From assembly GCA_018985225.1 (NCBI GenBank), contig JADGIF010000508.1, forward strand, positions 1-7,452: a stretch of DNA of 7,452 bases, in the 5' to 3' direction. A program made the translations under genes and the position numbers. How positions within the stretch are numbered: the first letter of the stretch is position 1; each line of letters starts with the position of its first letter. Source of the DNA: Amoeboradix gromovi X-113 (Eukaryota; Fungi; Sanchytriomycota). Of this stretch, positions 1-7,452 are shown piece by piece. A model generated the notes under the pieces. That model worked only from the letters and a program-made list of their open reading frames with translations, was not told the DNA's origin and ran no database searches.

Positions 1-166
1 GCAAGAGAATAACTGTACAGAATATTTATTTTCCTTTTATACTCGTCAACTCCGCAACCAGCTGAATGTCCACTCGCCTTTTAAATCCATAAAGTAATAA
101 AGCTGAAATAATGTTCCAAGTTGTTACAGAAAGTTAGTCCAGTTTTTATATTTGATGTCCCAAATG
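1..166. repeat. Left arm of a long inverted repeat (partner 7220-7386); runs off the window start
   Basis: Seen in sequence: 1-166 is the reverse complement of 7220-7386, with 7 substitutions (left positions 2, 12, 50, 59, 80, 160, 163) and one small indel difference near 94, giving about 95% identity. Confidence 0.97.
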
Positions 167-1250
167 TTTGCAGGCGTCAAGATGCCCAAACACTTTAACT
201 AATTTACTAAATTCCACCTCGTATCTTCAGTTAAATACTTTGAAAACTGCAATTTGCCATATAATTCTGGTGCATCTAGTAACAATCGCCCGTTCTTTCA
301 GGTTTTGAGATAACATTTTTGTCAGTTTCTTTAAGCTTGCTATACAAATCCCTTTGAAGTGAATAGAGTCCATGAACTGCCTTGCTGGGTGCCAGCTAAT
401 GTCCTGAAAATTCACTTAAAGCCTCTGTCATTGATTTAATATTCCTTCCTCTCGATTTTAAGGCATAAACATAGTATTCTTCTGATCCTGTCGGGTAATA
501 AACAGCGTCCCTGGTCACTAATAAGTTTGAATACTTATCGCTTTGTATTCTTGTCTTGGCACGACCCAGGACATGATCTCGTATTGTGGAACATCTGCTA
601 AAAATAGCTCTGCATGTTCTACAGTACATGAAGCAGATATATTAGTAACAGAAACTTGAAGGCTTTGAGTTTCACTTAAATTACTATTAATATATCCCAC
701 CCATACGAGCACATTCTCTTCTTTAATTCAACTTTCTTTTTCACCCAAATGCCTTTCAGAAGTAATGGATTTTCCTTACTTTCCACGAAATATTCTAGAT
801 ATTCCTTGAATTCTTCTAACTCCAAAGGTTTGGTATATCCAATGGCATTACTGAATGAACCACCCATTCATTATACTGTTCTGTGGAATATTTTACTGGT
901 TCTGCAGAGACAATTTCTTCAGGCTTGCTTACGGCTTCTGAAATACTATTCTTTGATCTAGTCGGGAAAATCCGCTACCCAATAATTTGTGGTAGATTCT
1001 TGCATGAGGTATTCGCATGTTAGACAGAGTGAAAAAACTCTTTATATTAGGTTTCTTGAAGAAACATCTTAAACCTAGTTCATAAAATCTTAGTTCTGTG
1101 AATGAATCATCAAGAGCTAATTCATTACTGACTTGATTTTTAGCATCAATAATCAATTGGCTAATATTAGTAGTAAATCTATTATATATAGACTACCGCC
1201 ATTTCCATAACATGCCTTGTAAAATTCAAATTTGGTTAAATAACTCATTC
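1..1250 (-). pseudogene. Degenerate protein-coding gene of unknown function, with multiple frameshifts and stops and a possible 36-nt intron at 1161-1196
   Basis: Minus-strand ORF fragments tile the region (929-1156, 676-867, 518-712, 396-629, then KNGRLLLDAPELYGKLQFSKYLTEDTRWNLVN), as expected for one broken ORF. The candidate intron GTAGTC...TACTAAT.TTAG joins GMLWKW-R-QLIIDAK in frame. I recognise no family, so the call is inference. Confidence 0.45.
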
Positions 1251-1429
1251 TCAACATTTCATCACTCATTTCTTTTTATACCAATATTCCTTCAAGTTAT
1301 TCGATGATGCTTGCTGAAACTTGGAAGTAACATTCACAAGATTCATTGTTTCGATTTGATTCCAGTGGCAATTTAGTAGACAATCTTTAATGAAGACATA
1401 CAAGTTGAAGTACAAGACGACGCATTTCA

Positions 1430-2757
1430 ATGTCTAATCAAAAGTTACAAAGTATAACTAGTAGCTTGGATGCCGTATGGACAAAGAGAATTCATGGCAA
1501 CAAAGACAAGATATTTTTGCATGCTTTCACTTTTGAACAGAAAAAACCATTTTGAATTGGATCAAGTTATTTGCCAGTGATCACGGCGAACCAAGACCTG
1601 GTAGAATGTATACTAGAGTAAATCGAACAAGACGAGTAAGTGACACAGACATATTGTGGTTACCTGCTGACCTTACTATTGCTAAATTACATGGTATTTA
1701 CTCACGTGATGAAAGTAATTTTAATATCAATGTAGAAACATTTCGCAAGTACTTTAAATTATGTGGCAATATTAAAATAAAATCAGGAAAAACGGATGTT
1801 TGTGATACTTGTATAGTATCTCGAGAGCAATTAGATGTCACTGGTTTATACGAAAGTTTTGCCTTGGAATTGACAACAGCCTTTCAAGTACACTTGCGAC
1901 AAGCCAAATTAGCAAGACTCGGTCACAACAGCGATCACCTTCGAGAGAATTTCACACATCTGTCATTTATTTATAGCCAAAATTTAAGTTTACCTCAATT
2001 ACACGACCAACCAAGTGACTTGTATCTTCTTTCACTGTTGAATGTTAATTTATTTGGAACTCACAATGAAACCCAACAGAAACAAATCAATTACATTTAT
2101 CGAGAAGACCAAGGTAGAAAGACAAGTAATAATGTTGCAACACTATTATTAGATTATATTTACTGTTTACCAAAAGAACAACGAATGAATTTAATATTAT
2201 ATGCAGATGATTCTGTAGGTCAAAATAAAAACAACACAATTATTAAATTACTGAGCTGGATGTGTCTACTCGGAGAATGTAACACCATTGAATTGAAATT
2301 CATGATGAAAGGTCACACCAAGTTAAGTTCAGACAGTGGCTTTGGTCTCATTTAAAAGAAATATGCAAGAGAAAATGTGTATAATTTAGATCAAGTGAAA
2401 AGTGTAATTGAAACATCATCAGTTACCAATGAATGCAAGATATTTCCGAGTCATCGATTTAAAGATTATCGGTCAAAGTTGGATCTCGTACTCAATGATA
2501 TTTCAGGAATTGCAAAGTATCAAGTTTTTTTATTCAAGGCTGATTGCCCTGGTGTGTCGTCTTTTGCAAGAAATTGGTTGATGATCCTGTGTTTGTAGAA
2601 TTTGATGCATTAATAGAATAGGACTTGAACCAAAACGACTACTTGTTTGTGCCTGATACTCTTGTTCCAACTGTGTTGTCTGAGAGAAAGAAACGAGACC
2701 TGTGTCGTTGTATTACGATATATTTCTGAGGAACACCATTCTTTTTATAGTGATTGA
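1430..2757 (+). pseudogene. Decayed Sola-superfamily (DDD) DNA transposase
   Basis: Motifs appear in order: RIHGNK (~1490), KTDVCDTC, SF[I]YSQNLSLP (the expected catalytic FD reads FI at 1969-1971), LNVNLFG, YIYREDQGRKTSNNV, LYADDSVGQNKN, FMMKGHTKLSSDSGFGLI and a C-terminal LSERKKRDL...RYISEEHHSFY. Lesions: frameshift ~1545, in-frame TAA at 2353-2355 (the frame continues KKYARENVYNL into the 2377 ORF), frameshift ~2555, TAG ~2619, frameshift ~2703. The stop is TGA at 2755-2757, with AATAAA at 2765-2770. Confidence 0.8.
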
Positions 2758-2944
2758 ACAGGTGAATAAATTTTATCTAGCTCATAATTAGTGTTTGTAG
2801 TTTATCGAAACACGTCCAACGTGATATTTGCATCTGGTATTGATCAGATTGATATTGATTAAAAAACCCCGCTTTTCTTGTTAAAGACTTTTGGTATTTA
2901 TGTATTCATGCATATTGTCCAATGTTATTTTAATAGGACCTTTC
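1430..2944 (+). mobile_element. Sola-like transposon remnant; left end not found, possible right terminus near 2944
   Basis: The transposase above plus a 3' trailer ending ...GTTATTTTAATAGGACCTTTC|ATTA before very AT-rich DNA. I found no matching left TIR, so the boundaries are inferred. Confidence 0.45.
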
Positions 2945-3454
2945 ATTAAATTCTAATTTAGAAAACAATTAATTTATTATCCTTTTTTCCTATTCCTGTT
3001 TTCCCCAATGAACAATGTATGTTTTATTTGCACCAGTGGGCTTAGCTTCAACTTATTTTCCTGATATTTTCCAATTCTTTTTGAAATAATTTCAATCGCA
3101 ACATCTCTGTATTTGTTAGTCTCGGATACACCTTTATCAGAATGTTCTGTGATATATTCATTATCCAGCTTTGAGTGGAATACTAAATCAATGTAAATAT
3201 GATATTTGGGGAAGTTATCACTCACATTTGAAATTTTAATATCGTGTTACCTTTTTACTCCAATTCTCAATCATTCATGTGCTTTGATCCACTAGTCGGT
3301 TGGACAAAAATGTATTTAAAAATCTGTTTACCACAATTCTGTTTTATGTCATCATCAGAAATTCTAAAATCTCCAATCGAGTTCAAAGAAATTATCTCAG
3401 ATAGAAACAAGATGACACCAGATAACACACCTTCACCAACAATAGAGTTTAAGA

Positions 3455-4112
3455 ACTGTCTTGTAGCAGGAGTAGCTGTACGTATCAGGCTGGTCCACAT
3501 CAAATCTTCTCATGCACACCCCTTCTCTTGTCATGCAACGCATGAAGTAGCGTATAATCTTGTTTCGATCGGGAGCCTTGAACTGCTGCGGAAGCGCCTT
3601 GAGATCAGCCTTGAAGGCCTTGCCGACCCGCGCAGAGATGTTCAGGACCACATGATTCTTGCAGGCAACCAAATACTCTTTGGTTGCTTCATTCAGCAGC
3701 TGGTTGACATACTCATAGTCAAATATCTGCATGTCACCAGGTCACAGGCTCTCATATTGCTCATAGGCTCTCCAAACACTTGAACAGCTGCAGGGTGGAC
3801 AGAACCAGCAGCCAATATGAAGGCTCTGTAGAAATATGTTTGATCCAGCTTAGGGATCACTGCTTCTGTTGCTAAGAGATGTAGCGTGTGTAAATTGACC
3901 AGCCTGATGCCTTCAACGGCTGCTCGTGTAACACCTTGAACACAGCGTTCAATCTCTTGACACACAGCAGGTGATTTACAGAAGGTGTTCAGCTTCATCT
4001 TGGTGACTGACAAGGTGACATCAGCTAGCCTGAGCAGCTTGTCTGCCCTGTCCGTTCGCTTGCTACCCACAACAACATCATCCTGTATGTCTTCGTCAAC
4101 ATCATCCTCCAT
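3455..4112 (-). pseudogene. Fanzor1-like (eukaryotic TnpB/OMEGA nuclease) N-terminal remnant; RuvC and zinc finger absent
   Basis: LSVTKMKLNTFCK...EIERCVQGVTRAAVEGIRLVNLHTLHLL...IPKLDQTYFYRAF, then after a frameshift at ~3775 VWRAYEQYESL*PGDMQIFDY...EYLVACKNHVVLNISARV. This matches the Fanzor1 N-terminal pattern as I recall it (VVKxxLNxFC...ANLHxxR...PxLDQxFFY...NHxxxNF). There is an in-frame TGA at 3742-3744 and probably a second frameshift at ~3515. GC is 50-55% in sampled lines (3601-3660: 33/60; 3901-3960: 30/60) versus 19/60 at 3361-3420. Confidence 0.72.
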
Positions 4113-4252
4113 CTTGCAGGGAGGCAGCTGATTTTCAGGTCTGTGATGTGAGGATGTGTGTCTGAACGAATAAAAAGTGAGACAAAAATAAATGGGGAAA
4201 TATTTGTTGGAAAAATATTACAACTTTGAACTTGGACATTCTTAGTTTAGGG

Positions 4253-4295
4253 AGCTCAGAACACTGAGTTGAAGTTCCTAGTTATGGGGGGGGGG
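4253..4295. other. Hairpin, CTAG and G10 run; candidate terminus of the Fanzor-carrying element
   Basis: Seen in sequence: AGCTCAG-AACA-CTGAGTT at 4253-4270, CTAG at 4278-4281 followed by T, and G10 at 4286-4295. Its function is inferred. Confidence 0.4.
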
Positions 4296-5114
4296 TGAAA
4301 TCTTTATGTTACAGATATTAATTAATCTAACAATTTCATCTCTCTATACTTTTTGAGCTGCACATAATGCATCCTTTAAACATGGGTGATCAAAAAACAA
4401 GCAACAATTAAATTGACTTTTCAATTGACAGAATGACACACTTTTCATATCTCCTTCTCTATAGTATAACTTTAATATTTACATGTTCTATCATCTTTTA
4501 TTTCCTTATCTTGGTAATTTAATGAATTATGAACAAATAAATAAAAGTAAAGAAATAGAAAAAAATGATCTGGTAGTTTTGCGCAACAACCTTCATTGTT
4601 AGCACTGCTTTTACATGGTAATAGTGATGTTGTATCTGAAGCCATTATTACATGAGTTAATATCTGTCCTACAACTCTGAAAAAGACTGAATGAATGAAA
4701 GAATAAGAAAATAACAGTATAGAATTTATATTTTTCAAAATTCTATATAAAACATCTAGCGCTAGGACTAATTTTTACAAAGTGTGCGTTAATTTCTTTG
4801 AAGTCAACTCATTCCCTAATGTTAAATAAGATTCTTCAAATAATTAATTAAATAATTAGCTTGTATTCATTGGTCGAATTTGAAACAACTCCCGGTATAG
4901 TTTTTGCAGAGTGTTGTTAGGAAAAAATATCAGTTGACTTTATCTCGCCACCTGCTTCCTACCCCTGGTCTATTTTTACAGAGTATATCCCATTTGTTTA
5001 ACGCTCGAGTGACCAATCTCAGAATGATAACAGAATAGCTTGATTCAATGAATTATGAGAATAAGAAGCTTACAATTGTGCAGGTTTAGTCTCCAATTGA
5101 AAAGCATAACTTGC

Positions 5115-5156
5115 TGATTGGGTTAACTTCATTGGGTTAGTTTGATTGGCTGCAAC
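5115..5156. promoter_or_regulatory. Three reverse CCAAT boxes at 14-bp spacing upstream of the F-box gene
   Basis: ATTGG occurs at 5117, 5131 and 5145 (units TGATTGGGTTAACT / TCATTGGGTTAGTT / TGATTGGCTGCAAC), 70-100 bp upstream of the ATG at 5216. A forward CCAAT lies at ~5014. Confidence 0.5.
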
Positions 5157-5215
5157 TCAATAATTTCTATTTAAGGTTGCAAAATGTAAGATAGAGAATC
5201 CTATCTATTTCGTTT

Positions 5216-5965
5216 ATGACTACAAGATTAATTCAAAGGATAGACAATTTGCAGCTAGAAATTAGAGGTCTTCAAATTAAAATTCAAAAACGGGACAAAA
5301 CTCCTCCTGCGCTACCAATCGATGTAGTGATATTTATAATTCAGCACTTGAACTTTGAAGATTTGATGGAATTCCGTCTTGTTAACAAAGAATTCAACTT
5401 AGCTTCAAATTACATCTTAAAAAAAAGAAGTTTGGAACAACTAAGCGAGACTAAAAGAGCATTACATGAGGCTGAATGCAATTATGCTATTGTTAAGCAG
5501 AGCATAATGCCGGACATTCACAATAACCTTGAATTCTTGAAAGATCAGGAAAACATTCAAAGAGTGTATAGTCAATTTGGGCAACACAAAGATAACATAT
5601 CAAACCTAATAGTGCAATGTTTAGCAGAATTATACGACACAAACTTACCTAGAACACATTTTAAAAACAGAAAATTTAAAAAATGGTTTTTCAATCTTGA
5701 GCTATCTGTTGAAGAAATAACAGACACTCAGGTCAGTAGAGCAGAAGACATCATTCGTGATAACGATATAACTTACGAACTAGCTAGAAGTAAAGGGCAG
5801 TTTGCATTCAGATTACTGATTATAGTGGCTGCTTTGTTAGAGTTGCAAAAGTTGAGGACTACAATTTCAGTACTTGAATTTGGCATACAAGACTTGCTCG
5901 ACGAGCACCAATTTCTTGAAAAGGTCATTGTAGTCTCCAAGTACAATCTAAACAATTTGATTTAA
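5216..5965 (+). CDS. F-box protein (N-terminal coiled coil, F-box, helical C-terminal domain resembling the dynein stalk/MTBD)
   Basis: Uninterrupted 249-aa ORF from ATG to TAA, with AATAAA at 5964-5969. The F-box consensus LPIDVVIFIIQHLNFEDLMEFRLVNKEFNLAS spans aa 33-64 (~5312-5407). The C-terminal assignment is inference (see findings). Confidence 0.88.
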   Translation: MTTRLIQRIDNLQLEIRGLQIKIQKRDKTPPALPIDVVIFIIQHLNFEDLMEFRLVNKEFNLASNYILKKRSLEQLSETKRALHEAECNYAIVKQSIMPDIHNNLEFLKDQENIQRVYSQFGQHKDNISNLIVQCLAELYDTNLPRTHFKNRKFKKWFFNLELSVEEITDTQVSRAEDIIRDNDITYELARSKGQFAFRLLIIVAALLELQKLRTTISVLEFGIQDLLDEHQFLEKVIVVSKYNLNNLI

Positions 5966-6112
5966 TAAAAGACTTTGAACTAATTAAACTTCTGTTTTGA
6001 ATTTTGCACTGAATTCAGTTTCATGAAAGTTTAATATTTCAGAAAGCCAAAATTGTAGCACAAGGCTTTAGGATTTCCATAAAACGGCTTGTTACGAAGT
6101 ATAAATCCAACG

Positions 6113-6991
6113 TGTAACACAGATGACGCCAGAGCAACTTTACGTTTTTCCAATATATTAAAATCTGATAATGTGCGACATAAAATTGCTACATCCCCAC
6201 GAACTATGACAGAAGAAATGAATCGAATTGAGTACCTGACCAAAATTAGAACCATTGTCATGGGCCCATTGTATGATATTACAGCTGAGATCCCCAAGAC
6301 TGGCACCGCAAAACTATTTGAAAGTGTAATATTTATGAATGATGCATTTTTCTGTGCAAATGATATATTGGAGCTCGAGTTCCAAAGATCATTACAGCGC
6401 TAGCATTTCTGGAGGGTTAGATTACATATACAGAGGTATAGTGACCATATATGATATTTGGGTTACACTGGACGTTGATGGAAGACATATGAGTCTAAGA
6501 TCCTTTGATAATTTCTAGTGATCCTGTCTCTAGAATTAGAGGACAGCAGCAATTACCAATGCAAGTGAGCTTTGTTTGGAATGGGCTTTTTCAATGAAAG
6601 CAGAGCAATTTATGAAAGGATTAAAATTTAGGAGAAGCGATAACCAATACACCAGTGAAAAAGAGGCAGGAGAATGCTCTGGGTCAGAGTGCCAGACTTT
6701 GTGCATGGATTATATTCAAATGAATGAGTCTAAAATCGTTTTATTTCCGAGGTAAATGTTGCTTACACAATGAAGGAACACCAATGGATAAAAACTGCCA
6801 AAACCTTCACCACACGTATACAGCAGAAGCAAGACTTCCAAGCTGGAGAGAACACAACTCTTCTTTCGAGAAATAAAGCTTCAGGATTTCAGGGTCAGCC
6901 TAATCTTGACGGAAATAGAGGGCGTGAAAGATGTGTAAAATCTGATTGTGAAGAAAGCTTTCTATCCCATTTTGATCTCCCTATCAAGTGA
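6113..6991 (+). pseudogene. Glycosyltransferase family 69 (CAP59/CMT1-like mannosyltransferase) pseudogene, 5'-truncated
   Basis: Motifs appear in order across frameshifts (~6398, ~6515, ~6590, ~6751): RIEYLTKIRTIVMGPL, VIFMNDAFFCANDILEL, SGGLDY, YDIWVTLDVDG, LPMQVSFVWNG, LKFRR, GECSGSECQTLCMDY and KIVLFPR-VNVAY. These match the CAP59_mtransfer signatures (FxND..C..D.LEL, YDxWV.RD..G, V.SCWNG, GEC..SEC, P.V..AY). Confidence 0.88.
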
Positions 6992-7219
6992 AGCGCTTTA
7001 TTCAGAATGAAAAAGTTTTTATTAGTTGATAAATAATAAAAATAAAACTTGATTTATTTTAGGCAATTCCAGTTGTTCGCTAGTCTCCTGAACTTCAATT
7101 TGTTCACGATATGAACCAAAATGTACAACTTGCTTAAAAAGGATTCTAAATCATTCATGTGCTCGATAAGTTTGCCCCAGATACCATATACCTAAACCGA
7201 AATACAGTCGAAGGAAATC

Positions 7220-7386
7220 CATATGAGACATCAAATATAAAAACTGGACTAACTTTCTGTAACAACTTGGAACATTATTTCAGCTTTATTAATTTTATGG
7301 ATTTAAGAGGCGAGTGGACATTCAGCTAGTTGCGGAATTGACGAGTATAAAAGGAAAATAAATATTCTGTACAGCTATTCTCTTAC
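7220..7386. repeat. Right arm of the long inverted repeat (partner 1-166); may continue to 7452
   Basis: Reverse complement of 1-166. Positions 7387-7452 cannot be compared because their partner would lie before base 1. Confidence 0.97.
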
Positions 7387-7452
7387 TCTTTCATCCAATC
7401 TTTATTTCAAATAAAATATCACTATAACACTTCAAAGAAATAGATAAGAGTA

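Noticed and set aside
1-166. RIP-like mutation between the repeat arms
   Set aside because: Six of seven substitutions are transitions, but they run in both directions, occur in mixed dinucleotide contexts and are too few to interpret.
240-420. Tyrosine recombinase-like reading of SEFSGH*LAPSKAVH
   Set aside because: No HxxR motif and no properly spaced R-H-R-H-Y catalytic set.
749-961. 70-aa plus-strand ORF
   Set aside because: Antisense to the tiled minus-strand fragments; no motif.
3244-3783. 179-aa plus-strand ORF
   Set aside because: Mostly the antisense shadow of the Fanzor remnant; GTG start, crosses the GC breakpoint, no motif.
4472-4738. 88-aa minus-strand ORF
   Set aside because: TTG start and an F/L/Y/I bias typical of AT-rich noncoding DNA.
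4756-4765. Palindrome CTAGCGCTAG
   Set aside because: Only 10 bp with no associated structure; compatible with chance.
5773-6306. Minus-strand ORFs 5773-5955 and 6031-6306
   Set aside because: Antisense shadows of the F-box gene and the GT69 pseudogene.
1-7452. Alternative genetic code (TAA/TAG = Gln) as an explanation for the in-frame stops
   Set aside because: The Gln-rich intact F-box gene has no internal TAA or TAG and ends in TAA, and most lesions elsewhere are frameshifts.
1-7452. CRISPR array, tRNA or rRNA
   Set aside because: No regularly spaced repeats or RNA-gene signatures seen.

Overview
AT-rich eukaryotic DNA, most likely from an early-diverging fungus or a protist (inferred from the gene families, a very short candidate intron and AATAAA signals). 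It reads as a graveyard of decayed elements around one intact gene. From left to right: a multiply disrupted gene of unknown function on the minus strand (~1-1250); a decayed Sola-type DDD transposase (+, ~1430-2757); a GC-richer, frameshifted, C-terminally truncated Fanzor1-like (eukaryotic TnpB) remnant (-, ~3455-4112), with a hairpin, CTAG and G10 run upstream; an intact 249-aa F-box gene (+, 5216-5965) whose C-terminal part resembles the dynein stalk microtubule-binding domain; and a frameshifted GT69 (CAP59/CMT1-like) glycosyltransferase pseudogene (+, ~6113-6991). A ~166-bp inverted repeat of about 95% identity (1-166 and 7220-7386) brackets the window. All family assignments come from recognising motifs by eye; no search was run.
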